Virus record (IMG/VR): IMGVR_UViG_3300006149_000009
Source: an uncultured virus (IMG/VR IMGVR_UViG_3300006149_000009)
Lineage: Duplodnaviria; Heunggongvirae; Uroviricota; Caudoviricetes
Strand: one strand, 5' to 3'
DNA length: 20,000 nt
Positions within the stretch are counted from its first letter, which is position 1, and each line of letters opens with the position of its first letter. Positions 1-7,901 of this stretch are shown here, in pieces. The notes beneath the pieces were generated by a model. The model worked only from the letters and a program-made list of their open reading frames with translations, was not told where the DNA came from and made no database searches. A program made the position numbers and the translations under genes.

Positions 1-2
1 AT

Positions 3-140
3 AAAGCCAAGCTCAAAAAAGGAAGTGTGGTGGAGGTTAAGAAAGTCACCACCGCTTGGGACGGAAGTATCTGGATTCAAATTAAATCCGGTTGGCTTCC
101 GGTTGTAATTAAAGATAAATACCGGATAAAAGCAGTATGA
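3..140 (+). CDS. C-terminal fragment of a probable phage endolysin (SH3-like cell-wall-binding tail); truncated by the window edge
   Basis: My translation of frame 3 is KAKLKKGSVVEVKKVTTAWDGSIWIQIKSGWLPVVIKDKYRIKAV*. The LKKG...V.V...W.....SGW pattern is typical of SH3b-like lysin C-termini. A hairpin follows the stop. Confidence 0.6.
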   Translation, partial: KAKLKKGSVVEVKKVTTAWDGSIWIQIKSGWLPVVIKDKYRIKAV

Positions 141-145
141 GGAGA

Positions 146-166
146 AGGGGCGGCATTACCGCCCCT
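146..166. terminator. GC-rich hairpin between convergent genes; probable terminator
   Basis: AGGGGCGG-catta-CCGCCCCT, a perfect 8-bp stem between the stop at 140 (+) and the stop at 177 (-). Confidence 0.7.
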
Positions 167-176
167 GCCATTCCTT

Positions 177-347
177 TTATGAATTACGTTCTGTATTTTT
201 ATGTTCATTCAGCTCTTTGATATACTTCTTTAGAACCAGATTAATGTACTGGCTAAGAGGACGGTCGTCCTCTTCTGCGAGGTCTCTTAGTATTAAAATT
301 ATATCTGAATCTATAGTGATGCTAATTTTGCTTTTCAATGGTTTCAT
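177..347 (-). CDS. Small ribbon-helix-helix (CopG/Arc-like) DNA-binding protein, 56 aa; not in the ORF track
   Basis: MKPLKSKISITIDSDIILILRDLAEEDDRPLSQYINLVLKKYIKELNEHKNTERNS*. An alternating beta strand (ISITID) is followed by the LAEEDDR.LSQYIN helix-helix pattern. A GGAGGT RBS lies upstream of the ATG. Confidence 0.85.
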   Translation of the reverse strand: MKPLKSKISITIDSDIILILRDLAEEDDRPLSQYINLVLKKYIKELNEHKNTERNS

Positions 348-630
348 AAATATCTACCTCCAATGTACAGTTTTAGAAAATTTGATTACGACATCGTGGG
401 ATTGCCAAAACAAGGTTACAACAAAAACGGCCTTGTGGAAACAGCTATAATAGTAAGAAAATCATTGGAATGAATTGCAGTTTACTACACCAACGCTATA
501 ATCGCCTCATTTACGCGTATTTGTATGTAGATAATGGGAATTGTATCAGAGGCATAAAAATGCCTATATAGGCTTATAAAACCTCTCAGAACGGCTCTCT
601 GTGGTAGAATCAGGAATATTATTTCACGTA

Positions 631-659
631 TTGACAGCGTTAAAGTATACGCATATACT
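631..659 (+). promoter_or_regulatory. Near-consensus sigma-A/sigma-70 promoter of the toxin-antitoxin operon
   Basis: TTGACA (631-636), 17-bp spacer, TATACT (654-659). An AAAGGAG RBS precedes the ATG at 708. Confidence 0.85.
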
Positions 660-707
660 AAAAGCAGAACAGATATACGATATCAATTCTGAAAGGAGTC
701 GAGAATC

Positions 708-1142
708 ATGGCATGTGTATTTGATGTAGCAAAATACATCCTTTGTCAATGTGGGAAAATGAGCACATGGAAACTCCAAAAGTTGTGTTACTATGCACAG
801 GCGTGGCATCTTGCGTGGACAGGTAATCCCATCTTCGCAGAAGATTTTCAGGCGTGGTCAAATGGCCCGGTATGCCCTGAATTATTCCATGCGCATCAGG
901 GGAAATTCTCTGTTGATATACAAGATATCATTAAAGGAGACGATAACAGCCTGAACGACGACGAAAAAGAATCAATTGATATCGTCCTTAATGGATACGC
1001 AGGCAGAGAACCTTATGACTTAAGGGAACAGACTCATGAAGAATCGCCCTGGAAAGATGCAAGAGGTGATTTACCGGATGGTGCACGATGCCAGAACGTA
1101 ATCACTAAATCTTCTATGGGGGAATACTATGGAAGCTTATAA
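708..1142 (+). CDS. Panacea-domain (DUF4065, SocA/GepA-like) antitoxin
   Basis: Contains the DVAKYIL...KLQKLCYYAQAW...F.AW..GPV.PELF and TH.E.PW motifs characteristic of the family. Confidence 0.9.
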   Translation: MACVFDVAKYILCQCGKMSTWKLQKLCYYAQAWHLAWTGNPIFAEDFQAWSNGPVCPELFHAHQGKFSVDIQDIIKGDDNSLNDDEKESIDIVLNGYAGREPYDLREQTHEESPWKDARGDLPDGARCQNVITKSSMGEYYGSL

Positions 1143-1145
1143 TCT

Positions 1146-1598
1146 ATGGCAAAGAAAATTTTAAAACAAAACAGAAAGCGCCATGAAAAGAAGATATCAG
1201 GCGAAATCAAAAACACTGATAGAGAGTGTCCCGTATGGGTATTTACAGATATAGACCGTTCAGGTAAGTTTGCATTTGATTTATCCCGGGATGATTTTGA
1301 ACATAAAGAAGTTCTTGAAAAGATGATTCATTATTCAAATATGACTTGGGCTGACATCAAAAAACAAACACATGATAATGGGAAATCAAAGCATCATTTA
1401 ATAGATTACGAGAAAATGTCTAAAGATGCGCAAGACAGACTAAAAGCAAAACATATGGAAGATGACAGCGACAGCATGTTCTCATTTGCTTTTAGAAACC
1501 TTTTGCGCATTATTGGAATTCGCAGAGGAAGAATGTTTCATATTCTCTGGTATGACCCTCTTCATGAGATATGCCCTTCTCAGAAGAAACACACATAA
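1146..1598 (+). CDS. Putative toxin partner of the Panacea antitoxin (possible RelE-like ribonuclease)
   Basis: Starts 3 nt after the antitoxin stop. It has a basic N-terminus and a C-terminal FSF...RIIGIR...FHILWYDPLHEICPS segment resembling RelE-type beta strands. The fold is inferred. Confidence 0.6.
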   Translation: MAKKILKQNRKRHEKKISGEIKNTDRECPVWVFTDIDRSGKFAFDLSRDDFEHKEVLEKMIHYSNMTWADIKKQTHDNGKSKHHLIDYEKMSKDAQDRLKAKHMEDDSDSMFSFAFRNLLRIIGIRRGRMFHILWYDPLHEICPSQKKHT

Positions 1599-1622
1599 GT
1601 TCCATAAATAATAGCATACAAT

Positions 1623-1657
1623 CATCCGGTATCTACAATAGGTGGCGGATGTTTTTT
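1623..1657 (+). terminator. Rho-independent terminator after the toxin-antitoxin operon
   Basis: CATCCG.TATCTA-caa-TAGGTG.CGGATG stem (with G-U pairs) followed by TTTTTT. Confidence 0.7.
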
Positions 1658-1746
1658 GTTTCACCTTTGTACCTATTCACATTCCAGTAATCCATGCGTA
1701 CAAATTTCATTGTTTGCTGGACACACTTTTCACCAGGAGGAATAAT

Positions 1747-2022
1747 ATGTATAGAATTATGATTGTAACTTCTCACCGGAACAACTATGAGTCTTTGTAT
1801 AAGTATTTGACAACTACTGTCGACGGGGTTGTTACTCCGGTCGAAATCGAGACAAAAGAACAGCTTGATGCAAGAATCGAAAAAATGCTGAATGAGGACG
1901 GATATGCAAAAAAAGATTTCATCGTAGTACAGGTCGTTGATTATTCTATCGACGCTACAAACTATACGGACGACGAACCTGCTCCAGACGATTCTACTAC
2001 GGATACCCAAGAGACTGAATAA
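1747..2022 (+). CDS. Small hypothetical protein with an acidic tail, 91 aa
   Basis: AGGAGG RBS at 1735-1740 and ATG at 1747, in frame with the track ORF 1642..2022. Protein runs MYRIMIVTSHRNNYESLYKY...DDEPAPDDSTTDTQETE. Confidence 0.75.
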   Translation: MYRIMIVTSHRNNYESLYKYLTTTVDGVVTPVEIETKEQLDARIEKMLNEDGYAKKDFIVVQVVDYSIDATNYTDDEPAPDDSTTDTQETE

Positions 2023-2061
2023 TACAGACCGTGCTAGAAATATAGCGTCGGGGCAAATAAG

Positions 2062-2100
2062 AAGGCAGATTAGCGTATAAGGCTAGTCTGCCTTTTTTTT
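2062..2100. terminator. Strong terminator at the convergence of the + and - blocks
   Basis: AAGGCAGATTAGC-gtataag-GCTAGTCTGCCTT followed by a T run (8 T from 2093). Confidence 0.85.
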
Positions 2101-2106
2101 AGCGAA

Positions 2107-3819
2107 TTAGCAAAGTGCTTCCTTTTTCCCAAATCGTACCTCACAGTCTTTCCGGAAAAACGACACCCCATAACAGTCTATGTTCCGATACCCCTCTGTG
2201 CGAAGCTCTTCCCTATATCTTTTTTCATATATCTGCTGCAATGCCTTTTCTGCATCGCTCTCCAAATCATCAATAGAATCTGATACCTTGACTTCCAGAA
2301 CAAATGACCTGCCCCGCAAAGAAGGGCTTCTCACCATAATATCAGACCTCCCGTACCCCGATTCCCGGTTGGATTTAACCAGATAATTTTCACTCTGACT
2401 TAAAATGCCAGTAAGAAATCCATGATAAAAATTTTCTGCGCTATCGTAAAAGCTAATGGTATAAGCAAGCTGCTCAGTCAGTATATTTGTCATCCTCTTC
2501 GCATTTCCATCTTCCAGTGCCTGGTACAAATCATGAAAGTTTTGTTTCTTTATTGTATTCTTAAACCAATTAAGAATCGTGTTCTGATAGACCGTCTTCA
2601 CTTCTATATTCGGAATTCGTGCCCGTAAAAAAACTGATGTCTCTTCGAAATATTCGCTTTCCTTCGTCAGATACCCCGTAAAGTAAAGAAAATTCCACAA
2701 ATTCTCATCACTGCTGTACATGTCCCCATAAGTGACTTCCTCATGAACCTGGATATCAAGAGTCTTTCCGCTCAAGAGCGCTTCAATCTGCCCCTTCGTT
2801 TCCCTATCAGCCTTGGCTATCATATCTTTAATAATATCATTTGAACTGGTATTAATCCAATATGGACGCGGAAATGCGTTGACGTCCGAATATAAATCAT
2901 ATAAAAACTTAATAACACTCCACGGGTTGTAAACCTCTGTATCTCCAAATAAATATCCGTCATACCATTCTTTCATTGTCGAAAAGCGGCTTTCTACTTC
3001 ATAATAGGACATCATTTGGCTCACTTCTGATTCTGTAAATCCAAAATGCTCACTGTACTTTTTATCAAGCACAGAAATAATGTTCAGATGATTCAACCCG
3101 GTAAATATACTCTCTTTTGAAATCCTCAGGCACCCAGTAATAACCGCAAACTGCAAATACTGATTTGTCTTTAAGGCAGCTTCAAACAACGAACGGATAA
3201 AGCTGACCATCTTTTCATAAAAGCCTCTAAAATATGCATTTTCTAATGGCACGTCGTACTCGTCAATTAGAATAACTGTATTCTTGCCAGTAATTTTGTA
3301 CATACATTGGCAGAAAAGCCGCAAAGAATTTCTTATTGCTTTTTCCTCACCCTGCCCCTCCGCAATATCAGTATACTCTTTATATTCTTTGTTGGATAGA
3401 CATTCTTTCCCGACTTCTATAATGCTCCTGTGCCTTTCAAACTCCGTGCTAACTGCATTTTGTATCATGTAATAAGCCATATCGTAGTTTTCCTGTTTCG
3501 CCGATTTCAAAGTCAGCTCAAACACAGAATACATTCCCATCTGGTTTGTGTAGCTTTCCCCGGCTTCCATAATCTTCATCCCCTGAAAAAGTTCTCTATT
3601 TTGCTCATTTCTTTTTTCGTTCCCGGTATCCTCAAAAAAATATCGGAGCATACTCATATTTAATGTTTTTCCAAAACGTCTTGGACGTGTAAATAGGTTC
3701 ACTTCCCCTTTCAAATCAAGTAATTCCTTAATCAGCATAGTCTTATCGACATAACAATAGCCATCTCTTATTATCTTCTCGAAATTGTCAACACCTACCG
3801 GCAATGGCTTCCTCATCAT
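2107..3819 (-). CDS. AAA-ATPase-like protein with a C-terminal PD-(D/E)XK nuclease domain (AAA-ATPase_like + PDDEXK_9 architecture)
   Basis: YVDKT, Walker A RPRRFGKT, Walker B ILIDEYD, WYDGY and YNPWS motifs; nuclease [11 protein letters not shown]...LEVK...ALQQI. A GGAGGT RBS is present. Confidence 0.92.
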   Translation of the reverse strand: MMRKPLPVGVDNFEKIIRDGYCYVDKTMLIKELLDLKGEVNLFTRPRRFGKTLNMSMLRYFFEDTGNEKRNEQNRELFQGMKIMEAGESYTNQMGMYSVFELTLKSAKQENYDMAYYMIQNAVSTEFERHRSIIEVGKECLSNKEYKEYTDIAEGQGEEKAIRNSLRLFCQCMYKITGKNTVILIDEYDVPLENAYFRGFYEKMVSFIRSLFEAALKTNQYLQFAVITGCLRISKESIFTGLNHLNIISVLDKKYSEHFGFTESEVSQMMSYYEVESRFSTMKEWYDGYLFGDTEVYNPWSVIKFLYDLYSDVNAFPRPYWINTSSNDIIKDMIAKADRETKGQIEALLSGKTLDIQVHEEVTYGDMYSSDENLWNFLYFTGYLTKESEYFEETSVFLRARIPNIEVKTVYQNTILNWFKNTIKKQNFHDLYQALEDGNAKRMTNILTEQLAYTISFYDSAENFYHGFLTGILSQSENYLVKSNRESGYGRSDIMVRSPSLRGRSFVLEVKVSDSIDDLESDAEKALQQIYEKRYREELRTEGYRNIDCYGVSFFRKDCEVRFGKKEALC

Positions 3820-3888
3820 CCTACCTCCATTTCATACCGTTTTCTATACCACATCCTACATCTCTTCGTTTTGCAAATGCGCTTGTTT

Positions 3889-5592
3889 CTATACAGCCTC
3901 ATACTGACCGCCCCCAATCAATACCTGTTTCCCTTGGAACGCAAACCCATACTTCCGAATTTTCTCTTTAGGGATTCCCTTCTCTATCAACGATACCTCA
4001 TACTGTTTCCTGTCTATCTGTTTTAAAGCTTCCTGCACAGTATCAGAAAGTTCCTTCTCATCCTCTGAATCCCGCACCTTAAACTCCAGAATGATTGCAT
4101 CATCGCCTTTTTCCCTAGGCTCCAGCATCACATCATACCGTCCGAAACCACTTTCACGGTTCGAAGTCAGGATATATCGGTCAGTCAAATCCACCATCAA
4201 CCCTAGGACAAAACCATGATAGAAACGCTCAGGCTCTTCCTCTGAGGGCTTTTTCCCAGTATCAAAATAACTAAACGTTGCCAATGCTACTTTGTTCATA
4301 TATACATTCATTGCCTTCAAATCATTTACTAAAAGTGCATTAATGAAATCATTGTAACTATCACTGTATTCTGTAAACCAGTCTTGAATCATCCCTTCAA
4401 ACATAATCTTCACTTCTTTATTTGTTAATGCTAGATAATAATAAACCCTCCCTGTGCGCTCTACAAATTCCGTCCTAACCGCTTTCAGATAGCCGCTTGC
4501 CAGCAGGAGGCTCCAGATAGTACTTTCTTTTCCTGTAAGCTGGTCATATAGAATTTGTTCGTCTATCTGCGCCTTTAGGATTCCCCCTTGCAACATCCGT
4601 TCAAATTCCTGCTTTACTTTTTTATTCCCCTCACGCAAAAGCTTCCCGGCCAGACTGTTAGAACTGGTATTTGCCCAGTATGGCCGAAATTGTCTCGTAT
4701 CCAGCAAATTGATAATAGACCACGGATTGTAAATGTCTGTCAGACTGCCAAAAGTAAACCCGTCATACCAGCTTTTTACATCCTGTTTCTTATTCGACAA
4801 ACCATATTCATCCAGTGCCGCAAATACTTCCTCCTCTGTAAATCCGAAACTGTCTACATATTCCTCCGAAGTGGTAGTCACCACTTTCAGGTTATTTAAG
4901 TCAGAAAAGATTGACTCTTTACTAACTCTTGTTATCCCCGTCATCACTGCACGTTCCAAGTATGGGTTCGTCTTAAATGTAGAATTAAACAAACTCCTTG
5001 TAAACTCGGCAAGCTCGTTCCAATACCCATTCACATAGGCTTCCTGCATAGGCGTATCATACTCGTCTAAAAGAATAATCACTTTCTCCCCGTAATAGCG
5101 GTACAGATAATCAGAAAGCATTTTTAAAGAAAGAGTCGCCATATAATCTTCCATCTCAGCAGAAATTCTGCAGAAATCTTCTTTTTCTCTGCTGTTGAGC
5201 ATATCTCCCTCAAGCAAAAAATCAAACTTGTTATATAATAACTGGATAATCTTACAAATCTTTTTCCGCGCTCCCAAAAATGTTGTTTCCTTCACATCAG
5301 AAAAACTAAGTGCTATAACTGGATACTTCCCCTGCAATTCCCTGTACTTCCCCTCTTGCCATATAAACAGCCCCTCAAACAAGTCACCCCGGCCTACATA
5401 TTTTACAGAAAAGAATTGTTCCAACATGCTCATATTCAATGTCTTCCCAAATCTTCTCGGTCGGGTAATTAGAGTTACACTATCCCCTCTTTCCCACCAT
5501 TCATGAATGAATGCTGTTTTATCTACATAAAAATAATTTTCTTTCCGAATCGTCTCAAAATCCTGATGTCCTATTCCTACTGTCCTTAGCAT
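3889..5592 (-). CDS. Second AAA-ATPase-like / PD-(D/E)XK nuclease paralog
   Basis: Same motifs: [41 protein letters not shown]...LEFK...ALKQI. Start moved to the ATG at 5592 (MLRTVGIG) because a GAGGTGG RBS precedes it and the 5661 start overlaps the promoter. Confidence 0.92.
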   Translation of the reverse strand: MLRTVGIGHQDFETIRKENYFYVDKTAFIHEWWERGDSVTLITRPRRFGKTLNMSMLEQFFSVKYVGRGDLFEGLFIWQEGKYRELQGKYPVIALSFSDVKETTFLGARKKICKIIQLLYNKFDFLLEGDMLNSREKEDFCRISAEMEDYMATLSLKMLSDYLYRYYGEKVIILLDEYDTPMQEAYVNGYWNELAEFTRSLFNSTFKTNPYLERAVMTGITRVSKESIFSDLNNLKVVTTTSEEYVDSFGFTEEEVFAALDEYGLSNKKQDVKSWYDGFTFGSLTDIYNPWSIINLLDTRQFRPYWANTSSNSLAGKLLREGNKKVKQEFERMLQGGILKAQIDEQILYDQLTGKESTIWSLLLASGYLKAVRTEFVERTGRVYYYLALTNKEVKIMFEGMIQDWFTEYSDSYNDFINALLVNDLKAMNVYMNKVALATFSYFDTGKKPSEEEPERFYHGFVLGLMVDLTDRYILTSNRESGFGRYDVMLEPREKGDDAIILEFKVRDSEDEKELSDTVQEALKQIDRKQYEVSLIEKGIPKEKIRKYGFAFQGKQVLIGGGQYEAV

Positions 5593-5632
5593 ATAAACCA
5601 CCTCTTTCCCTGCTCCTTTAAAACTTATACCC

Positions 5633-5661
5633 ATTTTACAGTATCCCCAAACAAAATGCAA
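5633..5661 (-). promoter_or_regulatory. Sigma-A-type promoter of the ATPase-nuclease genes
   Basis: On the - strand: TTGCAT, 17-bp spacer, TAAAAT. Confidence 0.6.
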
Positions 5662-5668
5662 TTAGATA

Positions 5669-5698
5669 AAGCCCTGAGGATTTTCCGCCTCAGAGCTT
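5669..5698 (-). terminator. Hairpin downstream of the recombinase gene; probable terminator
   Basis: AAGCcCTGAGG-attttccg-CCTCAGaGCTT stem with one mismatch and a short U-rich tail on the - strand. Confidence 0.55.
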
Positions 5699-5711
5699 AT
5701 ATATTTACTGC

Positions 5712-7289
5712 CTATTTGATTCTCCATATTAACCGTTCTATTTTGTTACTCCTGTATGTACAGGAGTCACTAATCAGAACGTTCTTGCTCAGCCCTAAGT
5801 CGCCTAACACCCGCATATAAATATCAATATTCCCTTCCTTATCCACTTCTATCTTTTGAATAATCTGCTTTAGCTGTTCATTAGTCATATCACGGACTGA
5901 AGTAATATCTTCCATATTTTTAAACGTTTTCTGTATAATGTTCTCCAACTGGCTGCCCTTGTCCAGATTGTGCTCCACTAGCTTCAAGTCATTTTCCAGC
6001 CGCTCTATCTCTTTTTTCGTCCCGCCAATTCTCTTATTCAGCTCTTCACGGCTAATCAGGTCATCCATATACATATCCATATACTTCTGGCGGGTTTTCC
6101 TCAACTTCGTCAGGCTATCCTCTAACTCTTTTCTGTAGTTTACATTTTCATCCTTCTCTTTATAAATTTTTGAAAACTCCTTCACCAAATACTCGGTAAC
6201 TTTCTTCTTCGATTTCAGCATTTGGGCGAAGTAGCACTCCAGCTCCAGAATCAACTCCTCTTCATCCAGCGTTACAGCATTTGGACAGCTATCTACCCCC
6301 TTACCATTACGCCCGGAACATACCCAGCGGACATAGGTATTTTTATATGTACGAGCTGTTCGCCGGAATGACCATCCGCATTCCTTACATTTAATTAATG
6401 TACTAAATAGGTATTTATTGCTCTGCCTCTCCCTATTCATACGGAAAGCCCTATGCCTGCCCGTTAAAATTTCCTGCGCTTTGTCAAACTGTTCTTGTTG
6501 GATAATGCACAAATCCGGCCTGTCTGTCACCAGCCACTCTGCCTCATCCTTATCCTTTCTTTCTCCTGTTAGAAAATCTGCCACTTCCTGCTTCCCATTG
6601 ATGATTTTCCCTGTATAAAGCTCGTTTGTCAAAATCCTACATATGGCGTTCTGGCTCCAGCGGCTATTCCGCTTTGTCCTAGACCCTCTTTCATTTAACA
6701 TGCTTGCAATTTTTGACGCGCCATAACCGCCTTCCGTATACCAGTCGTAAATCTGGTGGATAATCCTTTCCTCTTCTTTGTTGATTTTCATGTCGAAATA
6801 TTCTCCGGAAATTTTATCATAGCCGTAGACAATATTCGGGACTCTGCCTTTTTCCGCATTCATTTTCTTTCCAAACTTAATACGCTTTGAAGTATTTGCG
6901 CTTTCCTCCTGCGCCAGCGCCCCAAAAATAGTCAGAACAAACTCCGACTGCCCTAACACGGTCATATTGGCTGTAAGAAACGTCATCTCAATCCCCAATG
7001 CCTTTAATGTACGGACGCTCTGTAGCAAATCCACCGTGTTTCGTGCAAATCTGGAGATATCCTTGACTACTACCATATCAAACATGCCACGCTTCGAGTC
7101 CTCCATGAGCTGTTGGAATTCTTTTCGATTCTTGATTTTTGTACCGGAAATCCCTTCATCCGCATATACTCTTACGAGCTTGTGGCCATTTTTTTCTGTA
7201 TACTCCTGGAAAAATTTCTTCTGCGTTTCAAGGCTGTTTATCTGGTCACTTTTATCCGTAGACACCCTACAGTAAGCAGCTATATTCAT
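5712..7289 (-). CDS. Large serine recombinase (integrase)
   Basis: Catalytic YCRVST, DEGISG, KDISRFARN; recombinase domain YGY...ILTNELYTG; zinc ribbon CKECG...C...C; coiled coil. A GAAAGG RBS is present. Confidence 0.95.
   Translation of the reverse strand: MNIAAYCRVSTDKSDQINSLETQKKFFQEYTEKNGHKLVRVYADEGISGTKIKNRKEFQQLMEDSKRGMFDMVVVKDISRFARNTVDLLQSVRTLKALGIEMTFLTANMTVLGQSEFVLTIFGALAQEESANTSKRIKFGKKMNAEKGRVPNIVYGYDKISGEYFDMKINKEEERIIHQIYDWYTEGGYGASKIASMLNERGSRTKRNSRWSQNAICRILTNELYTGKIINGKQEVADFLTGERKDKDEAEWLVTDRPDLCIIQQEQFDKAQEILTGRHRAFRMNRERQSNKYLFSTLIKCKECGWSFRRTARTYKNTYVRWVCSGRNGKGVDSCPNAVTLDEEELILELECYFAQMLKSKKKVTEYLVKEFSKIYKEKDENVNYRKELEDSLTKLRKTRQKYMDMYMDDLISREELNKRIGGTKKEIERLENDLKLVEHNLDKGSQLENIIQKTFKNMEDITSVRDMTNEQLKQIIQKIEVDKEGNIDIYMRVLGDLGLSKNVLISDSCTYRSNKIERLIWRIK
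5734..5781. mobile_element. Candidate attP-type serine integrase attachment site inside the 3' end of the recombinase gene
   Basis: Perfect 9-bp inverted repeat ACTCCTGTA-[TG]-TACAGGAGT (5748-5767). Symmetry on the same axis extends to CGTTCT (5734-5739) / AGAACG (5776-5781). Confidence 0.7.
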
Positions 7290-7336
7290 ATCTGTATACC
7301 TTTCTATTTATTTTGTCGCACTCTGTCACTGCTTGT

Positions 7337-7365
7337 ATTGTAAGCTACGTAAACAAAAAAAGCAA
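7337..7365 (-). promoter_or_regulatory. Sigma-A-type promoter of the recombinase
   Basis: On the - strand: TTGCTT, 17-bp spacer, TACAAT. The -35 overlaps the upstream terminator. Confidence 0.6.
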
Positions 7366-7395
7366 GAGAGAATTGGATAAACGCTCTCTCCTGCT
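7355..7395 (-). terminator. Rho-independent terminator after the AT-rich cargo genes
   Basis: On the - strand: AGCAGGAGAG...CTCTCTTGCT stem running into a T tract. Confidence 0.7.
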
Positions 7396-7417
7396 CTGTA
7401 AGCTAACCTTTTATCTC

Positions 7418-7876
7418 CTAAAATCTATTCACTTCCTTTAAATATTCTGTAGCCTTTTCATTAGCAGATTTGAAATCAACTTGGGGCAATACTTCTTCAA
7501 TGTAATCTTTTAGGGAAATTTTTTTACTATTAATCTTTATCTCGATATCTGTCTTTTTCGTTAAGTTTCCGTTACTTAATTTGTCCAACACAATTATACA
7601 CTGTGCCTTCTCTTCATCACCAATTCTATCAAATATATTAAGTAACTCCAGTGATTCTTTAGCTCTTTCGCTACTTCTTTCTTCGATTTCCTTTTTGTAC
7701 TCTTCTTCACTTTTAAATTTTTTACCTTCTTGTTTAATCAAATTCTTTTGAGATTGCTTTAAACATAGTTCATACGCTTTCCCCATTAATTCTTTTTGAT
7801 AATCATCATCCAATTTTGAAAACAGCATTATCAATTCTTTTACTTTATCAGGATTAATATTCATCTCATTCCCCAT
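7418..7876 (-). CDS. Hypothetical all-helical charged protein with an internal repeat
   Basis: 152-aa ORF in AT-rich DNA, 25 nt downstream of the membrane protein gene. Two similar segments: ELIMLFSKLDDDYQKEL and ELLNIFDRIGDEEKAQC. Confidence 0.75.
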   Translation of the reverse strand: MGNEMNINPDKVKELIMLFSKLDDDYQKELMGKAYELCLKQSQKNLIKQEGKKFKSEEEYKKEIEERSSERAKESLELLNIFDRIGDEEKAQCIIVLDKLSNGNLTKKTDIEIKINSKKISLKDYIEEVLPQVDFKSANEKATEYLKEVNRF

Positions 7877-7901
7877 TATAAAAAAACAACACTTTACTAA
7901 T

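Noticed and set aside
217..450. 77-aa + strand ORF in the track
   Set aside because: It is antisense to the RHH gene (177-347), which has an RBS and a recognisable fold.
566..582. ATATAGGCTTATAAAA resembles codons of a sigma-factor IGLIK motif (possible attB remnant)
   Set aside because: It is out of frame with an immediate stop and has no flanking sigma-factor sequence. It is likely chance in AT-rich DNA.
2180..7343. Multiple short + strand ORFs
   Set aside because: They are antisense shadows of the ATPase-nuclease and recombinase genes and have no recognisable motifs.
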